A stretch of DNA of 63,886 nucleotides, counting the filler, from Octopus bimaculoides (Eukaryota): NCBI RefSeq assembly GCF_001194135.2. It is 6 parts of 5 records of this genome, joined end to end, with 100 filler letters (N's around TTAATTAATTAA, not from the genome) between each part and the next. Parts side by side here need not be neighbours in the genome. Positions count along the whole stretch, not along the records: positions 1 to 14,945 come from NC_068983.1; 5 more parts are not named here. One strand, 5' to 3'. Positions 1-12,436 of this stretch are shown in pieces; positions within the stretch are counted from its first letter, which is position 1; each line of letters opens with the position of its first letter. The notes beneath the pieces are model-generated. The model saw only the letters and a list, made by a program, of their open reading frames with translations, was not told the origin of the DNA and did no database searches. The position numbers and the translations under genes are program-made.

Positions 1-1
1 G

Positions 2-1725
2 CGTTCGGTCCGTCAGGGATGTCCCCTGTCGGCGCTTCTGTATGTATTGACGCTCGAACCACTACTGCGGAAGCTGGCGACACTGAGGGGTATCCCACGA
101 GAGCTGGGTTGCGGGACGAGCGTGTCACCGTCATAGTGTCGAGCGAAAAGCACGTCGAGATGCTAGGCAAGACACTTAAAGAATACGAAACGGTGACAGG
201 AGCAAAAACTAACCCGGAAAAGTCAGTGGGTTTGTTACTCGGCACCTCAAGAAGCAAGCCCATACCGTCCAACAGCGACTCTGTAGTGGGACGCTGGACG
301 GACGGACCGGTTAAACTGCTCGGTGTCTGGTTCAGTCCGGACCACCAAATGGATGAGAACTGGGACGAGATCACCAGTAGAGTGATCAAACTCAGCCAAA
401 TATGGGCCGAGAGAAAGTTATCTCTAAAAAGCCGGGCGGAGCTGGCTAATGTGTATATCGCATCAGTCATCGATTACCGCCTGACCGTCGTGCCTTGTCC
501 CGATGTCACCATCACGAAACTAGAACGCATACTTTTCCGCTTTCTGTGGAAGGGTTGCGTTCCGATGGTGAGGCGATCCATTTGCTGTCAACAACCGTTA
601 CATGGAGGACTGGGAATGCCGTAGTTAATGATGCGCAGACATGCGCTGAGACTGCAGCATCTCTGGAACTTCATTGGCGACGGTGAATAGGTGTGGGCGC
701 CGTTTGTGAGGCACACCTTCTCGCAGCTCGTCTCACTCACCGAACTGCAAACATGGATCAGGAAGAGACCGAAACTGGGCGATTGGCACCGCGAGTGTCG
801 CCAAGCTCTACAACAGCTCTGCCGTCCGGGATCAAACTTGTGCAACTTCCAAACGACCAATGCGTTCTATAGAGGACTAGTAGAGGGGAGGTCTGACGAC
901 ACTCTCGGGGCAAACCTGGGTGTCGATGAGAAATTCCTAACTCGCCAATTCAAGACGACGTTCGGGCCGGGACCTATGGATAATTTCCAGAGATCCCTGG
1001 CTTGGCAATGCTATCAGGACGCACTACCAGTTCGAGAGAAGATCTACAGANNNNNNNNNNNNNNNNNNNNNNNNNNNNNNNNNNNNNNNNNNNNNNNNNN
1101 NNNNNNNNNNNNNNNNNNNNNNNNNNNNNNNNNNNNNNNNNNNNNNNNNNNNNNNNNNNNNNNNNNNNNNNNNNNNNNNNNNNNNNNNNNNNNNNNNNNN
1201 NNNNNNNNNNNNNNNNNNNNNNNNNNNNNNNNNNNNNNNNNNNNNNNNNNNNNNNNNNNNNNNNNNNNNNNNNNNNNNNNNNNNNNNNNNNNNNNNNNNN
1301 NNNNNNNNNNNNNNNNNNNNNNNNNNNNNNNNNNNNNNNNNNNNNNNNNNNNNNNNNNNNNNNNNNNNNNNNNNNNNNNNNNNNNNNNNNNNNNNNNNNN
1401 NNNNNNNNNNNNNNNNNNNNNNNNNNNNNNNNNNNNNNNNNNNNNNNNNNNNNNNNNNNNNNNNNNNNNNNNNNNNNNNNNNNNNNNNNNNNNNNNNNNN
1501 NNNNNNNNNNNNNNNNNNNNNNNNNNNNNNNNNNNNNNNNNNNNNNNNNNNNNNNNNNNTTCTTTTCTTTTTTTTCCCGTGATCCCTTTTGATGGAAATC
1601 CCCACCTTTTTTTTTTCCGCGATACCTTTTGATCGAAAGTATCCCCCCTTCGCCCCCCAAGAAAATCTCTACATTGTAATTTGTCCATTTTCTGTATTTA
1701 GCCCTGTGTGGCTATAATAAAAAGA
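2..1725 (+). mobile_element. Tx1/L1-clade LINE, 3' part of ORF2 (RT and downstream domain) plus probable 3' UTR; inactive
   Basis: Frame +2 reads RSVRQGCPLSALLYVLTLEPLL. Frame +1 reads VKLLGVWF...LERILFRFLWKG...GGLGMP. YADD is missing and there are stops at 622 and 688. After the gap (1051-1559), an AATAAA-containing end at 1700-1725 runs into (TATC)n. Continuity across the gap is inferred. Confidence 0.85.
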
Positions 1726-1733
1726 TATCTATA

Positions 1734-1782
<49 letters not shown>
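1726..1782 (+). repeat. (TATC)n microsatellite, probable LINE tail
   Basis: Tetranucleotide run directly after ataataaaaaga. Confidence 0.9.
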
Positions 1783-1783
<1 letters not shown>

Positions 1784-2310
1784 GTTCCTTCTCTAATTCT
1801 TCAATTCCTCTGCCTCCTACCTCTCTCTATTCTTCCCATGCGATTGGTGCTCAGTCAAGCATGATCTTTCTTTCTTGGCTTGACCGCCGCTAACACAACA
1901 CCTTATTTCCCTCTTTCCTGACTCTCATCTATGTTTGTAGCCGCAAGCCTTCCACTTCACACGCCAGCTTAAGTTAATTTGTCCTTTTAGTCGAAATACA
2001 CCTGCCGTTATTCTTGTTGTTTGTATTTTGAATCGTGTAACATTTTCTCCATTTTCTCGTATTTTTGTCCGTGTTGTCGCACTTATTCGATCGCTTTCTT
2101 CCCAAAATTTAATGCCATTAGCTTAGGTTTTTCGGGCCTATCAATTTTTAACGGTCTCATGTGTAACAGGCTGAAACTGTAATACTGATTGGAAGCTTGG
2201 TTGATGAATGGAAAACCATGAATATTCTGCCCTGGTTTTCCTGACCGTCTTTCTATCATCTGTCTATCCGTATGTTTTTACTGTTGTGCATTATGTTCAG
2301 TCCAGTTTTA

Positions 2311-2684
2311 GGCGCAGGAGCGACTGTGTGGTAAGAAACTTGCTTCGCAACTGCATGGTTCTTAGGTTCATACGTGGTATATTGGGCAAGGGTCTTCTAC
2401 TATAGCCTGAGCTGAGCAAAGCCTTGTAAGTGATATGGCAGACGGAAACTGAAAGAAGCTTGTCGCATATATTAATGTATGTATTTGTGTGTATGTATTT
2501 GTTCCCCCACCATCGTCTAACAACATATGTTGGTGTGCTTACGTGCCTGTTACTTTGCAATGCGGCAAAAAAAGATCAATACAATAAAGACTAAACTTAC
2601 AAAGAATAGTCTTGGGTTCGATACGTTCGACTAGAGGCGGTGCTCCTGCATGACCGCATTGAAAAGACTGAAACAGGTAAAAGA
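2311..2684 (+). mobile_element. tRNA-headed SINE family A (resembles octopus OK/OR-type SINEs), full length, diverged
   Basis: Head GGCGCAGGAGCGACTGTGTGGTAAG, TTGGGCAAG core, internal (TG)/(TA) tract, tail GACTGAAACAGGTAAAAGA; homologous to other copies in the window. Confidence 0.85.
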
Positions 2685-2957
2685 CTAATGGCCTGGCTAA
2701 GTGAAAATAGTTTTTTTGTATTCCTCCTTTCTACTTGGAGAGATTGGATTTAATTATAAACATATATGCTTCTGTTCAAATGTAATTTCATTAAATTCCT
2801 ATATCTTTGTGCAGCTGAAGATTGCTCTACATATTATATTTGATGGAATGTTTACATTGCACAATTAAATGGAGTCGCTCCAAACGATCCTACTGCATTA
2901 CTTTTGGATATCTTTGTTGCTTACTTTGATTATATATATACATATATATATATGTAT

Positions 2958-3032
<75 letters not shown>

Positions 3033-3389
3033 NNNNNNNNNNNNNNNNNNNNNNNNNNNNNNNNNNNNNNNNNNNNNNNNNNNNNNNNNNNNNNNNNNNN
3101 NNNNNNNNNNNNNNNNNNNNNNNNNNNNNNNNNNNNNNNNNNNNNNNNNNNNNNNNNNNNNNNNNNNNNNNNNNNNNNNNNNNNNNNNNNNNNNNNNNNN
3201 NNNNNNNNNNNNNNNNNNNNNNNNNNNNNNNNNNNNNNNNNNNNNNNNNNNNNNNNNNNNNNNNNNNNNNNNNNNNNNNNNNNNNNNNNNNNNNNNNNNN
3301 NNNNNNNNNNNNNNNNNNNNNNNNNNNNNNNNNNNNNNNNNNNNNNNNNNNNNNNNNNNNNNNNNNNNNNNNNNNNNNNNNNNNNNNNN

Positions 3390-3456
<67 letters not shown>

Positions 3457-4789
3457 CACATCTCGACGAAACAGCTGCTGTCTGTACTTTTGCGATATTA
3501 AACTTCTAAAATTCTTGATAGACAGACAGTTATATGATTGACTGACCGATGACATTCGATTGTTTCTAATAAGTGGTAGGTTAGATGCTATCTTGCCACA
3601 TTAATTATGTTGTTGTACTTGATTGTATGCATCTATTTGTGTGTCTGCATCTTGATTGTTGCTAACAATTTATTTAAAACGATAACCTTACATTTAAGAA
3701 ACCGATAATGAAGGATTTTATATTTTTTCATGAGACTTAGTATAATAAATGGCGTTTTTATGCACGATGATCAGTTATATATAGGATCAATTTTTGGCAC
3801 GTATTATACGAAATTTTATATTGGTGCAATTGTGTGACATTGACGGGGTCATATATTGAAAATGCATTTTAATTGTTATGTGCACTACAGAGGGTGGGTG
3901 TAGATGTGGTCGACGATATGAAATCCAGAGCCTCAGTTACATTCTCACTGCATATCTCTTAAGTGTTATCTGCTACAATACCTTCTGGTGGAACCAAGCA
4001 TTGTGAGTAAAATTGGTCATATGGAAAATGCGTAGGCCAACTGCAGATAGTTTATGCATGATCAAAGGATCGAAGTGTGACACTCTTTCAGCCTGACTAT
4101 AAATGGGAGGGTGCACGTTTATGCAGAATAATATGAAGTAGAATGAACATGCCCTTGTTCATTGGGGAAAATCACAGAATCTATTATCATACCACAGAGC
4201 CATTCTTATTTAGAATTGTGTAGATTGCACTGGTGAGGATTGAAAGTTATGAACATAGAAGAAATTAACATTGGTTGAAGCACATGAATTAAGATACGTG
4301 TTCCCCAATCTTAATGATATTTACTTACGTTTTTTAACCAAAACTTTTGACATGTTGCAACGTAATACAAGTACAAAAATGCCCGAAGTCAGAATAAAAA
4401 ATTTCAGATTTATCACATTGTCAGATTAAAACTTAACATCTATTAATGTTTTAACATCGTCAACTTAGAATGGATACGGAGCCAGACAGGTTCGTTAATT
4501 TAATGGAAGCGCTTCATTCAATGATATTTGTAGCCACTTCATGACCATTGAAATTGCTATTGTCGACGTTATTCTTCAATCACTGCAGGATATTGACAGG
4601 TAGATGTTCCGGATGATGGCATCTATGGAAGAAATATTATGTATACTGGTTAGTACTGGGCCTGGGAATTGGACACAATACGAATGATGATGGGAGTTAA
4701 AAGTGACATATAATTGGAATATTTTTTATAGTGAAAGACATGTCTCATACAGTTCTATATTTAAGAGATGAATTATGTACATTATTTAT

Positions 4790-5036
4790 ATTATATACAA
4801 CTGACGTATATTTGCTCTCATCTTGCTTTTTGTTAACACAACTTTTCGGCTGATATACCCTTCAGCCATCATCAGGTGTCTAGGGGAAATTTAGAACCTG
4901 GGATCTCATTCCTAAGGTATTTTTCGATGTTATTGTTGTTGTTGTTATTATTATTATTATTATTATGCAGGTCACTGCCTGAAACAAACTCGGGATCTTG
5001 GAGTTAGTAGCCCGCGCTCTTAACCACTACGCCATA
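4790..5036 (-). mobile_element. Family C: tRNA-like head + (AAT)n + hammerhead-bearing tail
   Basis: Minus strand reads TATGGCGTAGTGGTTAAGAGCGCGGGCTACTAAC (A box), then AAT repeats, then CCTTAGGAATGAGA...CTGATGA...GAAA. Confidence 0.8.
4835..4880 (-). ncRNA. Minimal type I hammerhead ribozyme motif, degenerate (C15.2 to A)
   Basis: GACAC CUGAUGA U GGCUGA-AGGGUAUA-UCAGCC GAAA A GUU GUGUU; stems I and II pair, stem III C-G pair is broken. Confidence 0.65.
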
Positions 5037-5061
5037 ATAATAATAATAATAACAATAATAA

Positions 5062-5200
5062 TATACCTTAGGAATGAGAACGCAGTATCGAAATTTCCCC
5101 AAGACACCAGATGAAGGTTGTAGGGTATATCAGCCGAAACGTGTTAACAATAGAAAAGACGCGGACAAATATCCGTCAATTGTAAATAGTGTAAATAATG
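5062..5200 (+). mobile_element. Family C tail, inverted relative to 4790-4925; mutated hammerhead at 5103-5145
   Basis: GACAC CAGATGA A GGTTG...CAGCC GAAAC GTGTT; U4 to A and the GUU triplet deleted. Confidence 0.75.
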
Positions 5201-8200
5201 TAAAGAAATGTTTGTTACTATCCTGAGTAATCTATAGATTTCTACTTCATATTATAATAGATAATTTGTCACACACAAGGATACTGAAAATATTAATCTA
5301 GTAACGCTTTAAAGTAATGATATCTACTGTTGAAATTGATCGTTCAAAATTATAAATAATATGTCACAAAATACAATCATAAATTAAGAAGCAATCGATA
5401 TGTACTTTTACAGGTAGTTTTGTAAATTTATTATTCGCACGACTTGATATATATATACTAATAATTTTTTTCATCAAGCATAAGTGAATACCGAAATAAT
5501 AAAGGCACAATAAAATATATATGTTTATATTTAATGACATACTTTTAAATTGATAATAATTAGGATATGTTATTTATATTAGATTAGATATCAAGTGGTA
5601 ATGTTCGTGCTGATTGAATCAATTAACCAACCGTGATAAACTAGGTATCATATTTCTACACTAATATGCCCACCATGCCAAGATTATGGCTTGTGTAGCA
5701 GACATTTCTGGGTAATTCCCTATTATTATTCGATCCATTTGAAATTGCCACGTTCAATTATGTCTGGTATTTATGATTTTGATTACAAAATATTATAAGA
5801 GCATTTCTATGTAAGAAATGAAGCGTTAAAATCTCATTGAGAATCACTATTTTATTCATAAAACACTAAAATATTCTGTTTTTAAAATTAATAATCTATA
5901 TATGTTTTGCTTCACAGACTATGGTTTACCACAATATTCGTAGTCTAACACAATAAGATACATGTTACAATTTTGAAAGTGCTTTACAATTATTGCTCAC
6001 TATATAATGTATTGTGGTCTATGAATATAGAATGCTATTTGCCCCCAGTAGGTTTTGGCATACTCCGATATGCATAGATAAATGTGTGTGCATGTGTATG
6101 TCATTATGGGTGTGTGTGTGTGAGAGAGAGAAAGTGCGTGTGTGTTTGTGCGCCTGCATGTGTGTATAGATATTTATATCTATATTTACATAAAGAGAGA
6201 TACCTATATATATATACATATACACAAACATACATATACTTACACACACACAACCAAACTCACATATGTATCAAAATGCTACGTACTTTTTATATAATTC
6301 TTATAATGTAATGTAGTTTGCATTGTCAATCTGATGGCTTGAGTGAAATATTTTTTTACATGAAAATTCCTTCAAGACCGATATTTAGTATTAGTTTTTT
6401 TAGTTTATGAAATACAATGACAATTTGTATTATTTATTGTTATCTACTATGTTTCTCATTTTCCCATTTGAATTCAAGGCAGTATAGAGTTGTTCTTGAC
6501 TAAATTCAGTGTTTGACAAATTGATATACTTAAAAACGTCAAACAAATGAACTGGAGACTCTGCAATAATCATAGCACATGAGGAATACAGTACAAACTG
6601 TTTAACTGAACAATTTGGCCATATAACCTCCCTATTATAATTTCAATATTCCATTTGCGCTTTATATAATTTGCTTATTTTCTGATTGTGTACGAGTCTC
6701 TTCTAATATTCCAGCATTTCATCATATGATTTCCTTTTCTTTTCTTTATGACCTTCACGGTTATTTTGCTCAGGCATTGTACAATAGCTGGGATTTCGAC
6801 TGGTGTGTTCAAACATTATTGAGAACAGAACATAGTAACAGGTTTTTTGTGGAAAAAAAGAACTTGCTAAAAATTCCATCGTCATCACCATTTGTAAAAA
6901 CTGACAAAGTTACAGTTACGTTTCCAGCAATGTAGGTAATAGTATATCTATTCTTAATTTTGTAAACTTAATATTTCTTTCTTTTGACTATGATTAATAA
7001 ACTTCACTATCCTTCGTTTCTGCATTTCTATCTATATTTGACTGTTGTTAATTTATATTCTAAATTTGTTCTTCCCAAAGTTTTGTGTTTCATTTTGCTC
7101 TGTTCTCTCTGATCATCTCGTATGCCTCTTACTTCTTATGTTCTAATTGAGTACATAGTGCTCCTCTAAATTATGGCTATGAGCATGTTGAACTTGCAAG
7201 GCTACTGTTCTTTCTGGAATCTCACATGCTCTACAACATCCCATATGTAATATTCTTACCTCATAATGCCAGTCCGCTTCTCTGGTAACTCTATATTTTA
7301 AGTATTCCAACTGTATTTGATGCGTTAGCGTTTACTTATTATTTAAGTCTTTTTATTGCTTTTACGTCTTATAATCGATATTTGTTTCTTTTTGAATCGC
7401 ATATTGTAGACATTAAAGAAAGTATATTTCTAATCTTGAGCGTCCACCAAACGGTGGCCATATAACAAATGAACTATTTTGTTTATCATTTAATTTTAAT
7501 GTTTCATATTTTCAGGATATGACCATAATATCGTCTGTCGCTCAGAATGTATATTGTATAAAAAGAATTTGGTACGACATTGGTATACTAACTTTAATGT
7601 TTTAACGTCCGTACGTCTTTTGTTCAACAGTAATTTTCTATTAGACGAGCAGTAACACTAAACTAATATAAAAAAAAAAAACTAGAGTCAATTTCTGTCT
7701 TGGACTTTATTAATCTGAAGACAAAGTAGGGTTTCCATCCATATAATTCTTATTTCTTCAGCACGGAGGTCGATGAGTATAAAACGTTAAAACTCACTAA
7801 ATTCAGTTAGCCATGGTAATTTGTCCTACTATATTTATCAACATTAAGAGACATATGTGAAATACTAGGATAGTATTTACACACAAACACTCAATTATAA
7901 GCGCATACAGATGCACACACGTATGTATATTAATGTACTATTCCGTTATTGGTGGAATCAAGAAAAATGTTCTCCATCCGATCAAAGATAAATACAATGT
8001 AAAATGCAAGACACGCTATACACGCTTTGTCATTTCTTGAACATGAAATTAATAGTAGCTCCAAATCCTGTAAATATGTGTGTGTGTGTAAGTATGTAGA
8101 TGTATGTGTGTAAATATTTTTGCATATGTGTGTGCGTGTGTGTATGTGACTGTGTTTGTGTGTGTTGTGCACGAATGTACGTGTTTAAAGATAAACTCAC

Positions 8201-8639
8201 ATATATTCCTACACACGCAAGCGCAAAATATCTTTAAAAACCGAGTAGGGAGGAAATGATGGATATATATTCTCTCTACGTTTATATGGAAACGCATTGA
8301 TATTCTAGCGATCATGCTACTATAAAAAATATACTACAACAAAAGAAATTAAAACAAAGAATGATATAACTGAAAATACTTTGAAGTTAGAAATTTTACT
8401 GCATAACTATTCTTCCATTTTGTATCATTTTAAATATAGGGTAGATTTCCCCTCTTTTATTTACCGATTTGTTTATGTCACCTCACCACTCCTTCGCCTT
8501 TTCACTACCTGCTAATTATATTCATCTTCCAGAATCCTGCTCCATATGCTTTTCTACTGTTCCTTACGTTTTCTCTGTTTCGCCCTCCCCAGGATATTTT
8601 CATTCCACTTGTTAGTATGTTATTATTTTTGAAAATAAA

Positions 8640-8775
8640 TCGGAATGACATAGCAGAATTATTAGAGTTGCAGACAAAATGCATAGCAGCATTTCATTTG
8701 TCTTCGCGTTCTGAGTTCAAAAAGCGCACATTCTTTTTCATCATTTTGGTGGCGATAAAAATCAGTATCTGGGGA
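8640..8775 (+). mobile_element. Degenerate SINE family B fragment
   Basis: GCAGAATTATTAG...GCGTTCTGAGTTCAAA...CTTTTTCATC resembles family B. Confidence 0.5.
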
Positions 8776-8790
8776 GAGCTGTGGTCAAAG

Positions 8791-8839
<49 letters not shown>

Positions 8840-8954
8840 TATAGATCCATACGAAGTTAGATCAAATGCCCTTTTATTTCAAACTTTAAGTTAAGTAAAA
8901 TAACATTAGAAGACAAGTAAATTCATTAAAACGTATCCCATCGTATTCTATTCT

Positions 8955-9381
8955 TATGCGCGCTCCAGGTTCAATTCCATGCGTATCGAATTGGCAGGTT
9001 TAGAGACAATAAGCTCCTTGCACACATTTTCAGACTTCTCCTTGGTTTTGAACCTCCGTGTCTGCAAGAATAGATTCTTGCGTATAAAATTTCACAATTT
9101 GATGGTACTAGGTTTGGATAGTAGGCAAGGTGAGGAAGCACTTTCGTCCCTTCAAGTTCCTAATATTTACGGTTCCCATATTGCCAGTATGGGTGAGGCC
9201 TTGTAAGGCGGCAAACAGTCAAAGTGTCTTCGGCTCACTGCTCTTGTTGAGCAGAAACGTTTGCCTTCACAGCATGACGATCTGATACTAGCTCAAAGTG
9301 CTATATCTCCTCAAAATATCACCACACGCACACAATATGACCATCTGTTCAAAGCACTTTTGTCTGCAACAGGTTCTGAAG
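8955..9381 (-). mobile_element. Decayed mariner transposase, C-terminal half
   Basis: Frameshifted minus-strand peptides MVILCA...HFELVSDRHAVKAN, TRPH, VLPHLAYYPNLVPSN (the YSPDLAPSD motif) and RRFKTKEKSENVCKELIVSKPA. Confidence 0.7.
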
Positions 9382-10511
9382 TCTCAGCTCATCCGCCCTG
9401 GTTCCTCTGGGAACGACAGGCAACGTTTGCCCGAAGTCACCAGCCATGAGGAGGGTGACACCACCCATGATCTTTTTATTGTTTCTGAAGTCTTGTAGTG
9501 TTCTATCAAGCGCTTCAAAGGCTGCCTTATGGGACATTGCTGCCTCATCCCAGACAATGAGTTTAGCATCTGTAAGGAGTTTTGCTAACGCTGTATTCTT
9601 TGTTATGTTGCATAAAGGAGATTCATTTTGGATGAGGTTCAGAGGCAGCTTGAATGTTGAATGGGCTGTTCTTCCACCTGTTAGGAGGGTGGCTGCAATN
9701 NNNNNNNNNNNNNNNNNNNNNNNNNNNNNNNNNNNNNNNNNNNNNNNNNNNNNNNNNNNNNNNNNNNNNNNNNNNNNNNNNNNNNNNNNNNNNNNNNNNN
9801 NNNNNNNNNNNNNNNNNNNNNNNNNNNNNNNNNNNNNNNNNNNNNNNNNNNNNNNNNNNNNNNNNNNNNNNNNNNNNNNNNNNNNNNNNNNNNNNNNNNN
9901 NNNNNNNNNNNNNNNNNNNNNNNNNNNNNNNNNNNNNNNNNNNNNNNNNNNNNNNNNNNNNNNNNNNNNNNNNNNNNNNNNNNNNNNNNNNNNNNNNNNT
10001 AATCTGTGTTGAACATCTGTGACAGGAGGAGCTGGAAGACCATAGACTTCAAGTTTGTTTCCACCCAGTGATTGAACCTTGTCGTCTATTAATCTTAATG
10101 TCTCATTGAAGATGTCATCATTGAATGTGACATCACCGTCACACTGATATTGAATTCTTTGAAGAATGTCTTCAGAAAGCCCCTCCTTGTATTTGTCCCA
10201 AAGTTGATTTGGATTTGACAATCCACAGTTCACCAGCATGATGGAGAAGAGGTTTCTCAGCTGCATAGGAGACTTGCACATTTGTGCCTCTGTCAGAGTG
10301 GCATCCCAGTGTGCATCATCTTCCAGAAGACCCCTGAGATGGCAAGCCTAGCGATATGTTTGACATACTGTGTTATCAAACGTACGTAATGATGTAAACG
10401 ATGTGGGTCTCTTGATATGGTGTAATAGAAGCCTTAGATAGTAGCACTCTGAGTAGTTGGGATGGACAACATAGACTCTGCCAAGTGTATCTGATTTCTT
10501 GATTCCTGGAT
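9382..10511 (-). mobile_element. Helitron Rep-helicase fragment (Rep-Hel linker and PIF1-family helicase motifs)
   Basis: LGRVYVVHPNYSECYYLRLLLHH, QLRNLFSIML, IAATLLTGGRTAHSTFKLPL, LIVWDEAAMSHKAAFEALDRTLQD, GGVTLLMAGDFGQTLPVVPRG. One stop near 10348; the Walker A region falls in the gap 9700-9999. Confidence 0.92.
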
Positions 10512-11097
10512 GAAATTTCTCACTCAGTGGACCAAAGAGCCAGTATCGAAGGTACCAGAAAGAAAAAAATACCTCAGCAACAGGGAAACACAAAACTGTA
10601 CTTCTGTTAGTAAATGATGAGATTACTTACATCAGTAAATGTGAACTTGTTAGCAATTGAAAATGTAAACTTTTATTTTCGAACAGTAACGATTGAAGTT
10701 AAAGTGCGGTTGAAGCGAAATTTGTCACTCAGTGAACCAAACAGCCAGTATCGAAGGTACCAGAAAGTAAAAAAAAAACCTTAGCAACAGGGAAACACAA
10801 AACCGTACTTCTGTTAGTAAATGATGAAGTTACTTACATCAGTAAATGTGAACTTGTTAGCGATTGAAAACGTAAACTTTTATTGAGAAGAGTAACGATT
10901 GAAGTTAAGGTGAGTTTGAAGCGAAATTTGTCACTCAGTGAACCAAAGAGCCAGTATCGAAGGTACCAGAAAAAAAAACCCTCAGCAACAGGGAAACACG
11001 AAACCGTACTTCTGTTAGTAAATGATGAAATTACTTACATCAGTAAATGTGATTAAAATGTTAATGCAAACAGTAACGATTAAAGTTAAAGTGAAGA
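10512..11097. repeat. Tandem repeat, unit about 205 bp, about 2.9 copies
   Basis: GAAATTT(C/G)TCACTCAGTG recurs at 10512, 10717 and 10923 with colinear unit sequence. Confidence 0.92.
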
Positions 11098-12389
11098 AAA
11101 AACTATGGCTACCGGAAGTTTGACATTGAGGAACCATTTTAAAGAAGTGAATCTTAAATATAAAGCAATATTATTTATCTTAATAAATAAAAAAAATCAA
11201 ATGAAGAGCCTAAGATTTATCCGAGGTCAAATTATTCCTGCATCACAAGTATGGAAGAAAATAGTGAAGCCGTTTTCACGTGATAAGCGATTACACACAC
11301 ATCTCTGTTTTATATATAGTATAGATATATATATACACATATATATACANNNNNNNNNNNNNNNNNNNNNNNNNNNNNNNNNNNNNNNNNNNNNNNNNNN
11401 NNNNNNNNNNNNNNNNNNNNNNNNNNNNNNNNNNNNNNNNNNNNNNNNNNNNNNNNNNNNNNNNNNNNNNNNNNNNNNNNNNNNNNNNNNNNNNNNNNNN
11501 NNNNNNNNNNNNNNNNNNNNNNNNNNNNNNNNNNNNNNNNNNNNNNNNNNNNNNNNNNNNNNNNNNNNNNNNNNNNNNNNNNNNNNNNNNNNNNNNNNNN
11601 NNNNNNNNNNNNNNNNNNNNNNNNNNNNNNNNNNNNNNNNNNNNNNNNNNNNNNNNNNNNNNNNNNNNNNNNNNNNNNNNNNNNNNNNNNNNNNNNNNNN
11701 NNNNNNNNNNNNNNNNNNNNNNNNNNNNNNNNNNNNNNNNNNNNNNNNNNNNNNNNNNNNNNNNNNNNNNNNNNNNNNNNNNNNNNNNNNNNNNNNNNNN
11801 NNNNNNNNNNNNNNNNNNNNNNNNNNNNNNNNNNNNNNNNNNNNNNNNNNNNNNNNNNNTATATATGTATATATTTAAATGGGTGGGTGTAGATACATGC
11901 ATACATACATGCATACATACATACATACATACATACATACAGACAGACATACATACATACATACATACATACATACATAAGTACACATGACAGACGTATG
12001 AAGCAGGAGACTCATGTAGCGTAATTGTTTACAACTCTTACATAAAAAAATAAATAAACAATATAATTACTTCATGATAAAGTGTAACGCGGTTTTAGAT
12101 GCCAGAAGAGATCTAGTGAATATTACTTTTCTTGAAAAATATCCTTTTGAATTCATGTAATGGAACTTAGTGAATTAATATAATGGAACGTTTAATAGAA
12201 ATAACGAGGTCGCTTGTATAAAATATGTACGGTACTAAAATGTCTTGTAGTGATTAGAAAGTGTGAAAATACGAAACATTTATACGTGTGGGCACTAACT
12301 GAATTTTGATCAAAATATAATGAAGAAAAGATTAACATGAAAATCTTCTTACGTAAAGAAAATTATTAATAAGAGGGAGAGATTCATGC

Positions 12390-12436
<47 letters not shown>

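Noticed and set aside
2869-3555. Many ORFs rich in HT, YI, CV, poly-I, poly-N or X (also 11105-11986, 35020-36379, 38517-41866, 47373-48658, 54568-55639, 58245-59290, 61065-61638)
   Set aside because: These are translations of microsatellites or run through N gaps; no protein signal
6726-6935. ORF containing RTEHSNR and ending KVTVTFPAM, reminiscent of a POLR1A segment as I recall it
   Set aside because: It lacks the preceding CxxC, stops immediately after, and lies 45 kb upstream across four joins. The similarity is from memory only; a TBLASTN with RPA1 would settle it.
7260-7311. Minus-strand mini-exon candidate LEYLKYRVTREADWHYE with GAG|GTAAGA donor
   Set aside because: No polypyrimidine tract, too short, no recognisable family
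10512-11097. Regularly spaced repeats as a CRISPR-like array
   Set aside because: Whole units are duplicated with no unique spacers; eukaryotic context
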